The position numbers and the translations under genes are program-made. The notes beneath the pieces are model-generated. The model was not told where the DNA came from and searched no databases. It was given only the letters and a program-made list of their open reading frames with translations. DNA of 64,000 bases, from contig OZ076411.1 in the NCBI GenBank assembly GCA_964187785.1, forward strand, positions 15,376,001-15,440,000, written 5' to 3'. The stretch comes from Amphiscolops sp. MND2022 (lineage: Eukaryota). This document shows positions 14,118 through 25,199 of the stretch, in pieces (position 1 is the stretch's first letter; the number at the start of each line of letters is the position of its first letter).

Positions 14118-17080
14118 ATGGCAGCCAGTGGCGAAGACATACCTGCGGATGAGAGGCTACGAGAAATGGTTGCCGAGTCTCTGAAACGGACAGCAGTGAA
14201 CAGTGGAGATGACGATATAGTGAACATTCTGGACTGCAAAGATATAGCAGTCTCGAAAGTGCATTTAGATGGTCTGAAGAGAACTAACCGTAGACACTTT
14301 AATGGGCGATCCATATTTAAACCCGTTCTGGCTGCAAACACCGTAGAAAATCTCATTGACGAGAGTCTCATGTTGCGCAATAAATTAGCCTCTATCGGAG
14401 TGTTCAAAGATGTCCAAATCACAATTGATGCTAGTAATGAGTAAGTTGACAAAATGTTGTCATGGGTTGTTTTTTAGTCGGCGCTTTATGAAATAAAACG
14501 CGATTATCACAGTAATTTTTCGTCGTTTTTTAAAAAATTCTTTTCAATTCGCTCGAAGTGACCATTTCATGGCGAATGCCCACATCCGAAATTCTACAAA
14601 TTGATCGGAAGGGTCTACCCATTCATATTTTCTCATACTTTTTCGGATTGAAAAGGAATTTGAGTGTTATTTTCGGAACTGTGCTACTTTTTTCGAAAAA
14701 AAATCAATTTCCCAAAATGGCCCCTCTTGGATTTATGATAGTTTAAAGAAAAATAGTTTTTAGGCACTTTGTGTTTTTAAGAATATTTTTAGAAAGGATC
14801 TTTTGATTTTTTCGGCCCTGTGCAACTTTTTGGGGAACGTTTCTTTTTCACAAAAGGTTCTCGCTTTGGTTCTTTGATGTTTCTAGTGATACAACAGGAA
14901 ACAAAGCTTTTGTTTTGTATTTCTGGCGAGGAAATAAGCCTCTTTATGCCCTAAGGAGTCCCTCGTTTGTTTTTTCGGCACTGAGATTGAGAATTTTTCA
15001 AAAAAGATATCTTGAGGGGGGCGCCGACAAGATCGTGATTTTTTTCAAGTTTCCTGTATCTGACTTTTTTAAAAACAAAATGAAGCTAGTTTCATGAATT
15101 GATCCTGAATTTACAAAGCTGAAACGTGAGTTGATCGTGTCTATTATTCATTCCAGGTAGCTTTCTTGTTTCAGGCAGCCGTTACTACCGAAAATGAAAT
15201 GTGTAGATCTAATATTTGACTGCAAGGAGTTCAGACTTCTCCGAGGCAACGTCAACTTCCAAGCTGGCTCCAATGAACTGACTGGTCAAACTGGGATCAA
15301 GCTATCCAACGTATTCGGTCGTGGAGAGGCTGTAACATGTGGTTATTCTCGCAGCACATCCAAGTCTGGATCTTATTCTCTGGACTTGACCAAGCTAGTT
15401 GGTAAGTGTTGTTAGACTGTAATTATTACGGAGTGCGTCTAACAAGCAGACCAGTCAAATAGCATAAAAGTATTATTCGTGCTAATGAGCAGACTCGATT
15501 AATTTGATTGGTCAAAATCGTGTTCACAGAGAATTAAAGTACATGTATGCGGCTGACATTAAGATCACGGACAATGTATTAATTCACTGGTCTGCTTATT
15601 GGTTGGTCTTCTTATTGGTTGGTCTGCTTGTTAGACTAGCTCCAATTATTACATTATTATTTCTGCGATATACTTCGTCTACGCTTAGTAGTTATATGTA
15701 CTTTAGTCCGAGAATTAAAGGCCGTGTAAACTGGTATAGTGACTAATTGTGCGCTATATAAATGATTAAGATATGCTTCTATTTTTGAACATAGAAGCCT
15801 AAAAGTAGAAATAATACTGTGCCTAGCAGTGGCCTATTTTTCTAAGCACACACTTTGGAAATAAGTCTTTTTGTGAGAACTTATTGGGCAAAGAACAGTG
15901 TTTCACAATTCATAAATTATTTGATTGATGATTCAAATGCTTTCAGTTTCGAACCTTTCCATACAAAATCATTCGGAGAATTTGATTCTCTAGCAACTGA
16001 GTTTCTTGTACAAAATGTAAAATGCTCTCTACTGGGGTATCTTTATCCCATTATTGTGAGAGTTAATTGGAATTGGTTGAACAATAAGCTCGAGTTCGCA
16101 TTAAATTCCGAAAAAAGTCTGGTTTCGTTGCCATCCCGAAACCTTGATTACACAGGACACTGACAGATCAAATATTGCAATCTGCATTTGTTTAAGGCCA
16201 TGACTTCAACACTGTGTTCAAGTTATCTGGAATCAGATCCACGGAATCCAATCACATCAGCCAGTACGATCTACGAAACACTGGCTTCATGGTAGAACTG
16301 GCGCGTCCGCTTGGCCAGTGGATGCATTCATTGCGCTACTCTGGAATGTGGCGAAACTTCCACTGCCCTAGCTGGGAGGCTCCTTTCGACATAAGACTCC
16401 TGAATTCCGGTCATTCTGTCTTTTCATCACTTGCTCACTCAGTAAAATACGCAACCCCTGGGTCCCTGGGAACCTACTTGCAACCCGGGCTCAAGTTCGA
16501 GAATAAATTAGAATTAGCTGGAAATTTCCTGAAAGGCGACCATAATTTTATCAAACAGGAAGCGAACCTGAAGAAAGTCATGAGACTTGCGGATTCAGTG
16601 AGGCTCTCATGTTCCTTGAATTTTGGTCATATTGTGCCCTTAGATGAAAACAAACCCCCTTCCGTTGTTGACCGATTCTTTGTCGGTGGACCAGCAAGTG
16701 TCAGAGGATTCAAAATCGGAGGCCTCGGACCCAGTCAGAATAATTGCTCCTTCGGAGGTAGCACCTATTGGACCTCGGGGTTATCTCTATATACTAAACT
16801 GCCTTATACGAAGCGATACGGACGAGGAAGCTTCGTTGACCAATTTTGGCTGCACGCATTCTTGAATGCGGGAAATTTGATGGATAACATTGACATAACT
16901 GGTGCTTACTTGCTGCCCAAACTGGGCGAAAACTTCAGATACTCCTATGGAGCTGGAATCCATTGGAGATTCTTGAACGTGGCTTGCATTGAATTCAATT
17001 ATTGTGTTCCTAAATCTACCCATAGTTCAGATCGCTTAGCACCAGGCTTCCAGTTTGGTGTTTCAATTGAAGTTTTATGA
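14118..17080 (+). CDS. SAMM50: Sorting and assembly machinery component 50 (Omp85-family mitochondrial beta-barrel)
   Basis: Exons 14118-14440, 15175-15401 and 16197-17080 join in frame (477 aa). N-terminal POTRA-like region, DRFFVGGPASVRGF motif, C-terminal IEFNYCVP...FQFGVSIEVL. Confidence 0.95.
15430..15643. mobile_element. Mutator-like MITE in SAMM50 intron 2
   Basis: 17-bp perfect inverted repeat gtctaacaagcagacca (15437-15453 / 15620-15636) with ggag/ctcc ends; exact 9-bp TSD aattattac at 15421-15429 and 15644-15652. Confidence 0.75.
15680..15790. repeat. ~110-bp dispersed repeat shared with the CMC1 intron (19869-19980)
   Basis: ctacgcttagtagttatatgta...gtgtaaactggta...aattgtgcgctat...gatatgcttctatt occurs in both introns. 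Confidence 0.8.
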
Positions 17081-17739
17081 ATATAAAGATTTTCTTCAAA
17101 TTTCCTAGTAGATTTAAAAGACATCGAAAAGGCCCATTGCATCTTGTATCCAAATTGTAATCCTTGTTGGTTATTCCGGGATTTAATTAGAAAACTTCGC
17201 TGAAGTTTTTGCGCTTCTGGCAATCTGAGCTTCCAAATGACCAAAATCGGGTTGCAAAGAAAAACTGGCACGGCATATTCAACACCCGCTCAAGGCTCAA
17301 AACTACAAAGAGGCAATGTATTTTTGTATTAGGTAGAAAAAACACTAACGAAATCCGTAGAAATGTTCGAACATTTAGTTTCAAAGATTCCTTCATTTTG
17401 AAACTAAGCATGTTTCAAGAATTCAAAAGTTTGAAATTTTGGCCTATTCAGGAACCGTACGTTGTAAACATTGGGCTAGCTCGCCATTTATTGAATTTTT
17501 AGAGTAGAGTTTTCTGTATAAGTTTTTGTCATTTTAAGTGGATTGGGAAGAAGCTGATGAAAACTTCTGTAATTGTCGGCCCTATAGGGGTGACTAGAAA
17601 ATAATTTTTATTCAAGGACTCAAGTCTTTATAAATACCGCAACTGATAAAATGTGTTTTCGTTTTTTAGATTCACGATGACTTGACTGGTATTCAAAAAA
17701 AGTTGAGAAAAAAAAATACGTTTGGACAACGCTTCAAGA

Positions 17740-18516
17740 ATGGCTTCCAAAACGACCCTCAATCTTTCTTTCGCTTCGTTGACAAAAAGTTTCACTCGCA
17801 ACGTCAAACCTTCTCGGATAGAAATCCGGGCCCGAGAAATTAAGAACCCTGACCATTTGGGTCAAAGATTAACATTTCCACCGTTTTTTGGAGCTGGTGA
17901 ACCAAAATTGACGGACGTCGAAAAGATTCGAGCTATTCGGTCACCAAAAATGCCATCTTTTCCTGAACGTAACCGCGTCTTGATTGAAGAACTTCAGAAG
18001 TTTGTAAAGGTCCAGCGGCTCAGTCCTGCTCGTTTTGCTAGTCACAATTTCGCCGGATGTGAAGAAGTTCTTGAAGATATGAAAACTTATCATGGAATCA
18101 ATACTCAGTCATTGTCGAATCAGGAAGTTTTGGAGAATGTAGAAAAAGATATACACAATCCTCAGCGCTTTTTCGCAATCATTTCCTTTGGTGGTCCCTA
18201 CAAGCAATTCAAAGTGACTACAGATGACATTTTTGTACACCAAGGAGAGATGGAAGCTGAATGTGGAGACCAGATTGTTCTAGAGAAAGTTCTTCTAGCC
18301 GGAGGACGAAATTTCACTCTAGTTGGGATGCCGCTGCTGAAAAGAGGGTTGGTCACAGTGAATGCAACTGTTATTGAAAAAACATTGTCACACATGGAGT
18401 TCTGGCATTGGAGGCACGATAAAAAAGCACCCATGAAACCCTACAGATTCCCTACTAGATTTCCCTACCATGTAATCAGAGTGAACTCAATTGAAATTGA
18501 CAGCAGCCTTTTATGA
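17740..18516 (+). CDS. MRPL21: Mitochondrial ribosomal protein bL21m
   Basis: Single-exon ORF of 258 aa. QFKVTTDDIF, GDQIVLEKVLLAGGRNFTLVGMPLL, VNATVIEKT and VIRVNSIEI match the family; basic N-terminus resembles a targeting peptide. Confidence 0.93.
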   Translation: MASKTTLNLSFASLTKSFTRNVKPSRIEIRAREIKNPDHLGQRLTFPPFFGAGEPKLTDVEKIRAIRSPKMPSFPERNRVLIEELQKFVKVQRLSPARFASHNFAGCEEVLEDMKTYHGINTQSLSNQEVLENVEKDIHNPQRFFAIISFGGPYKQFKVTTDDIFVHQGEMEAECGDQIVLEKVLLAGGRNFTLVGMPLLKRGLVTVNATVIEKTLSHMEFWHWRHDKKAPMKPYRFPTRFPYHVIRVNSIEIDSSLL

Positions 18517-18825
18517 GAGAAAATACATTTTTCGAAGTCAATTTTGTTTATAGATAGGGTCTCACGTTGAGCTTTAATAGGCTATCCTAGAGCTTTTTTG
18601 GATAAATCTTTGGAGTACTGAGTTCCAAATTTGAAAAGGAATCCCGAAATGTAACTGACTTTTCAGTAACTATGGCAGTTATCTGAATTATTGTTCTTAT
18701 TTTCAGTTTTGCCTGACGTATGGTAATTTTTCACGAAACAGAAGTCTGGGGTTTTTGCTTTTATTACATTATCACGATTCCACGCAGTTAATTGGATGGA
18801 TCATGAGAATCATGTTTTCAGATTA

Positions 18826-20656
18826 ATGAGTGACAAAGAAGACAAATCGGGAGGAAGCAATGTGGACGATAATCTGCCCTTTTTCCGCAGATTCATGAAA
18901 AAGTATGTGCTTCCTGAACGCAAACTGTTCATTGGGTCAGCAAATGCGGATGGTGATGAATTAAGGCAAGTAAGTCAATCAATTTCTCAAAGAATTTATT
19001 TCACTCTGAGTTTCACTGACATATTGATGACATTAATATTCATTGATTTTAACCTAAGTTTCGCGATTTTCGTATTTTCCTTCGACGACTGATCATTGGT
19101 AGAAATCAATAGTACTGAATTCATAGTGTGAATTTTGTAAGCGTTGCTTGAGTTTAAAAAAATTGAAACTGGTAAAAATTTAAGCCGCTTTAAAAAGCAG
19201 AATTTGGACTTTTCAGTTTTATCAGATTTGCTTTATCTTTAATTTTTTTCCAAATATCCACAAAAATTCGTCTAATGTCCATATTTTTCGCACAGCAGAT
19301 GCTTTCGATGGTAATAATATTTGAACGATTGTTTTTGTTATGTTCAGATAGAAAAGGATCTGCAGATTTTAAAGAAAGCGCGGATGCGTGCCCATTATGT
19401 GTGCGCCCCGGATATCATTGCCTTTGACGAATGCAACGTCAGGGATGGTTCTTTCGTGGGTCTGTACAGCTGTAGGAGAGCCATGAAACAGATGAATCAA
19501 TGCCTCATCGACGTTGCTGCAAACCCACAGGTGTTGTGTATTTCATTCTTAATCACTGCCTTTTTTCTATTTGGTTATCAGAAACGTAATATTTCTGCGA
19601 TAGCAGGAATATTATTGAAATCTGAATTATTGAACTTTTTTCAGTTCAATTTTTGTCGTGCTTACGAGTGTCTACTGGAAAATTCAGATATTTTGTTCGG
19701 CAGTGAGTGGTAAGCGTGAGAATTAAATTTCGTTTCTCGTGCGATGGAACGAGCGAGTGGTAATTATTATGCATTCGTACGCTGAGTTATTGAGATGAAG
19801 CGAACGAGTGTTAATTATTCGTTCGCCGAGAGCTTCGCCTGCATTCAAATGCGAATGCGAAACTTTGTCTACGCTTAGTAGTTATATGTAATTTAGTTCG
19901 AGAAGAATTAAAGGCGGTGTAAACTGGTAGTGATTAATTGTGCGCTATTTAAATGAATGAGATATGCTTCTATTATTGAAGAAATGAAACTCTGCCCCAC
20001 AGGGGCCTATTTCAATTAGTTTATTTTGACGAGAATTCGGATCAAAAACTTGATTGTCTTAAAAAAACTAATTATTCGACAACGTTTTTTCTGCTTTTTC
20101 TTCCAAAACTACGATTCAATTCCTTTGGCAAGTAATTGCCCGTAAAATATCCTTCGTTAGTATGCAAAAGCATGTTTTCTCTGTTTTTGAAAACGCTTTT
20201 TCAATAAAAAATGAAATCGGACTTCAATTATCGAATCTGAGAAATTTATTCTAGTTTTCAATGGCATCTTTAAGATATCGCGAAAAGTACAACAAGCTTA
20301 TCCAGACGTACAATCAATTTTGAGATTGAGATAGTATACTGATTGAGATACTAGAACGATGTTATATATAGCTGTTGTTTTGGGTCTTCCTTGTTTTTTG
20401 ATAGCATAGAATGAAATCCTGTGATGTCTGTTTACAGGTAATCGATGACTGCAAAAAAGAATATCTAGAAGAGCGGAACTACTATCGACTCCATGGAAAA
20501 CCTTTGAAGGAGGGCAATAGAGAATCACGCCAGGTCAAATTTTGGATCGACCTGGGCAAAAGCCATTATCAGGAAGCCAAAGCAGAGTGCGAACAAACCG
20601 GAGAGAAATTTGATTGGATGAAATTGTGCCGTGAAAACAAATTTTTACCCAAATAG
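18826..20656 (+). CDS. CMC1: COX assembly mitochondrial protein 1 homolog (twin CX9C)
   Basis: Exons 18826-18969, 19348-19530 and 20438-20656 (all phase 0; 181 aa). Two CX9C motifs, C-APDIIAFDE-C and C-RRAMKQMNQ-C; ELRQIEKD and DCKKEYLEERNYYRLHGKP resemble CMC1. Confidence 0.88.
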
Positions 20657-21677
20657 CTTTTATAATTTGTTGAAATTTTATTTTTGCCCTACTTCATATT
20701 TTTCTGGTCAAATATACAACATATACTTCGATATATTTTGCATCTGATTTTGATTAAGCGGTAAAATTTTGATTAAGCGGTGTGACGGAAAAAGCGTGAA
20801 CTATTTCCATTTACTCTTTACAAGACAAGGCGCCCACTGAGGGCCAACTTTTTCCGCCTTGAATTATTTTAGCGACAACATATTTTCAGAACTCGAGCGT
20901 ACCCTGTTTTTAGGACTTTTTAGTCAAAAACTTCGGATTCCTTACGAAAAATGCTAATTGTTTGGTTGCTGTAGATATTCATACTCAAAATAATTTCAAA
21001 ATTGTGCAAAAAAGTGCATAAACAGTCAAAAACTGAAAAATGAATATTTTGGCATTTTGAAGCACTTTCGATTTTAGTTACTTTTTCAAAAGAGTTCGAA
21101 TATCCCGATTAATTACATATGCTACTAACTATTTTTTTCGTTGTTAAATTCTCTGGAAGTACCTCTATTTTCCGGGTTGATTTTTTCTTTTTCCCATATG
21201 GATTATGGACAGAAAATGGTAAATCACCCCTGTTTCACCCGAGTTAACATGAAATGAAATGCTTGTGCGACGCTGCTTCAATACTGTAATACTGTTGATA
21301 TCCATTTTTCACTCGTTTTTTGCAATATTTCCCGTGTCGGTCTCTAGTTTTTACCCTTTGAGGGTTTTTTTGTTGCCTCTGGGTTCCTTGCTTGAAATGC
21401 ATTCCTTGCAAAGATCTTACAAGGATTACATTTTCTTGTAAGGTTCCTGCAAGGAATACGCCCACTTGCAAGATCTTTGGAAGAATTTATTAAATGCAAG
21501 GATCTTGTTAGATTCTAGCAAGGATCGCACTGTTTCTCAACCAGGGTTAGCACGTGGCTGATGCTTTTGTGGAAACTGTTTCCGACATGGCTTCAATTTT
21601 GACATCATTTGATTCAATTCAATCTAAATAATTCTAATCAGAAATTGCATTACAGTCAACGTTTCAGAAAATTCGAA

Positions 21678-22496
21678 ATGTCAATTTGCGATAGCCTCTC
21701 AATCGAGCAAGCAATTTCTCACGTTCGAAGAATTGCGCAACATTGTGTTGATGACGCGAATCAGTTGGTAGATTTACATTTAGAGGGCGAACGATTGGGA
21801 GTTCCTATTCACCAGCCCACGGTGAAAAAACAGTTTGCAGAACTGAATGACATTCTGAAAAGGCTGAAAGCCCAAGATCACCGGATATCTTACATGCTTT
21901 CGGAGATACCTAACGAAGAGCTGGCATTGCGCAATGTACAATCCGAGATTTCATCACCCGATGAGCTACCAGCCCTCTTCAGATTGGAAACGAAACTAGA
22001 GTCAAAGTTTGAAGCAATGAAAAAGAAGAAAACTAAGCAACGAACGTCATCTATGAATACAGATTACCTCAAAAGTGCCACTGATGCTGTTGATGCGGCG
22101 TGGAACAAGTTGAAAAGAACCGCCAATGATTTGGAAATTGTGGGCAACGAAGATGAGTTCTGTGATCAATCTATAATCTGTCCTTTCACCGGCAAAATGT
22201 TCGTTAACCCAGTTATGAATCAGCTATGTCGACACACTTACGAAAAAGACGCAGTTGAGCAGCTATTGACCACAGCTGATAGACCACTCATGTGTCCGTA
22301 CAATTGTCGTAGTAAGCGGCCCATCCTTTTGGAACATCTGCTAGAGAATAAAAAGATGAAGAGGTTTTTGAGACGGCAAAATAGCGATTTTGATGACGAA
22401 GAAGAAAATGAGGAAGACGAAACGGAAACTCAATATAACAGAGAAACTGGTGACGAGGAGAGCTCTCAGTCTGAAAACTTATCGGCAACTGAATAA
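21678..22496 (+). CDS. NSMCE2: E3 SUMO ligase NSE2/MMS21 (SMC5/6 complex)
   Basis: Single-exon ORF of 272 aa: helical N-terminus, SP-RING CPFTGKMFVNPVMNQLCRHTYEKDAV...CPYNC, acidic tail. Confidence 0.88.
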   Translation: MSICDSLSIEQAISHVRRIAQHCVDDANQLVDLHLEGERLGVPIHQPTVKKQFAELNDILKRLKAQDHRISYMLSEIPNEELALRNVQSEISSPDELPALFRLETKLESKFEAMKKKKTKQRTSSMNTDYLKSATDAVDAAWNKLKRTANDLEIVGNEDEFCDQSIICPFTGKMFVNPVMNQLCRHTYEKDAVEQLLTTADRPLMCPYNCRSKRPILLEHLLENKKMKRFLRRQNSDFDDEEENEEDETETQYNRETGDEESSQSENLSATE

Positions 22497-23975
22497 AATT
22501 AGAACATTCATTGTTGTCATGGGTGTACCGAAATAAAGCAAACAACCGACCGGGTTTGGAATTCATATTACATGATTAGTTGATTTAGTTCCTGACCAGA
22601 TACAGAAAATATTCAGGAAACTGTTTCAAGTTTGCTTCCAGTAGATGACAATTTTTTCCACTGTTCACAATGTCAACTTAGTGTATATACAAGATTTTCA
22701 ATTTTCCCGAATTTGATTTTCTCGAGAAAGTTTTCACAAAAAATATTGCGGTACAATTTGAAGCGACCCGGGTTGACCTGATATGTAGTTGATACAATGC
22801 TTCCTCACATGGGGTCGAGCTCCCATAAAAATATTATTGTGACTAACGCTCTAACGAACCTTGTTTGAGTAATACAGTGCTGGTAATACTAAAATAACAC
22901 GTGCTAAAATAAACAGAAAATGGAACTAACGTTGTGTGTGGGAAGAGAAGTGGGGATAAAAATAATGGCGGCGGCCGTGAAGAATAATAATAATGGCAAA
23001 GTACTACGGGCCGCGGAAATTTGAAATTTAAGTGAAGCCGCTATTGGTTGCATGCAGAACATGCCAGGCACTCCTGCAGAACTGCTCGACTGTTTTTATA
23101 CTGCCTGCTCAGGCTGGCGATTCATTCTTCCCTCCGAACGGCAGAGCTCAACTTAACACCTCTCTTCCTTTCCTTCCCTTCCTCGTCTCTCCCCTTATTT
23201 TTAATATCCCTCTTCTCTCGCTTTACTCTTATTTCTACTTTTCTCTTATTTCTCTTCGTCTTCACTTTTATTTCTTCTAGACTTGGAGAAGTCTATCTCC
23301 TTTCCCCTTCTCCCTCCTTGGCTCTTATCTTAGCCAAATTTCTCTTGTCCCCGTTTATTTGCTCTGCTAAGTTACATTTCCTTCAAAGGAATTTTCTAAC
23401 TTTGAAAATTTGTTTCAACTTGATCTGGTCCCCCGTTTCGTGAATTGGAAAAAACGTATTTTTCTCGGTAGAGACTTTTAGTTTTCCCCTTTCTAAATAA
23501 AGTTCTATCTGAGAATATTTTCCGCCAATTTCACCCTGCTATTGTTCAAATTGTAACTTAGAGTAGTTTCTTCGGTCTTAGAAAGAAATAACAGGTTGAT
23601 GTTACATTTTATCGTTGTTTACTAAATCAAAAGTCTAAAAGCTTTTTAGATCTAACTGAAAGTGACCTTGAAACTGAATTTTGCTGTTTGATATTTTCCT
23701 GCTTATAAACTCCTTGTCGGTGAAAACAAAATTTCCATGTCAGTGAAAAAGATTCCCGTTCAAAATTGAAATTCTCATGATCTTTTTTCAATGCTAATTT
23801 TACTTTTGAAATTCATACTAAATGGCAACAGAGAGAATTATTTGGTAACAGAGTGAATTATTATTTCTTTTTGACCGTGTTTGTGCAATCCCGGAAAGGC
23901 CTTACAAAAAGGCAACGGACACCGAAGCATGTAAAAATTGAAAAAAATTTCCCGGTGGCGATAGGCGAGGAACGC

Positions 23976-24643
23976 CTACTCAACCACCAAGAGATCGCCA
24001 CTCTCCGCGAGAAGGCGGAGTTGCTCCCGCCTAGTTTCAGGAGTCCAACTGTCATACAGGCGCTCCCATTGCCCACGCTGAAACATAGTCATCCTTGACA
24101 AACCACTGATGTAGGCATGGAGCCGGAATAAATACATCTCTGCAGCCTAAGGCAACAGTACCTCTTCATACTAGGGCCTATGTCCTCAGTCAAAAAGGCA
24201 TCTAAGGGCATCAAGACTGGAGCAGGTGGTGCTGTAATGACCCACGCCTTCAAGAAGTCCAAATCGTGCCGACTAGATGTTTCGATACGTCTCCTCCATT
24301 TCTTCAGGCGGACGCTGGGAGAGCGACTGCACGCTCCCCTTTACGGAGGAGTCAGCAGAAGACACGGCTCTCTCTTGAATATTGGCCGTTCAAGCGTGCC
24401 GGCCAATATTCAAGTCCGCCGTTCAAGCGCAACTGCACCAACTGGCCTCGAGGTGTCAGGCCTGCTGAGACCGGCCACTGGCTCTAGTTCCCGGAACTCT
24501 TCTGCTAGGTCTTCCCCACCAAAAGGTAAATACTCCGATCCCGAGGAAGAAGATTCCTCGTAATAGTCATCACTGTCCGAAACCGTGATGGCGACTCCCT
24601 CCTCCCTTTCACCCTCCAAAATCACCTCCAAAAAGAACCGCAT
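23976..24643 (-). pseudogene. Antisense accessory ORF of element A (disrupted)
   Basis: Translates MRFFLEVILEGEREEGVAI...; RHDLDFLKAWV...; YEEVLLP*AAEMYLFRLHAYISGLSRMTMFQRGQWERLYDSWTPETRREQLRLLAESGDLLVVE*. It is collinear with 60019-60711. Confidence 0.85.
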
Positions 24644-24673
24644 TTGAAGTCGAGGACAATCTTCAGACCATTA

Positions 24674-24912
24674 ATGATCGAACCTAACTCCGCCTATCAG
24701 CTGATACTGGACTCATATAGTCTGGAGAATACCCTGTTCCCCCGCAAAATGCAGGGTAAGCAGCGGACTCAAACTACATGAAGAAACAGTACAAGCTACA
24801 AGGAATAGAATTAAAGCACACAAGTCCCAACCCAAAACTTGACAAGCACACGCGGAGCATTTGGCCCATCGAACCCAAGCTAGAAGCCAAAGACAGTGGT
24901 TTATCTATCTAA
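24674..24912 (+). pseudogene. Small sense accessory ORF of element A (frameshifted)
   Basis: MIEPNSAYQL...YMKKQY...TSPNPKLDKHTRSIWPIEPKLE...SI* is collinear with 60793-61030. Confidence 0.6.
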
Positions 24913-25199
24913 AATATTTATCCTCTTTCATTTAGTATTTCTAACGTGAATAAGTTTTACACTTAAGCATTTTGCATGCTTTTTACGCAACCGCTCGGGC
25001 CGCTCCAATGTAGTTAAACCTCAAAAGCTACTAATCGCGAGTGCAGACTGAAAATTTTCGGTCGGTTAAGAATTTTTTTTAAAATTTCCTTCCAGTTACT
25101 TGTAGGATTAGATTTCACTTCATCTAAGCTTTTAATCTCAACTCTTAGCCCAGACGAGGAAACTCATTGCATATGATGTTTGATAGCTTTTTGTTCAGC

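Larger units (their letters stand above)
22841..25060 (+). mobile_element. Internally deleted relative of the Gypsy element (element A): LTR-like 5' region joined to the accessory-ORF block, no gag-pol
   Basis: 22841-23610 is homologous to 49549-50850, including one degenerate 49-bp repeat at ~23505. 23880-25060 is homologous to 59923-61180. No gag or pol motifs lie between. Confidence 0.8.

Noticed and set aside
23426-23443. Primer-binding site TGGTCCCCCGTTTCG
   Set aside because: The complement does not fit a tRNA 3' end geometry that I can identify, and element B reads TGTCGCCGGTTTCG.
23032-23443. Hydrophobic ORFs here and at 49819-50157
   Set aside because: Products of pyrimidine-rich LTR/leader sequence; frames are not conserved between elements A and B.
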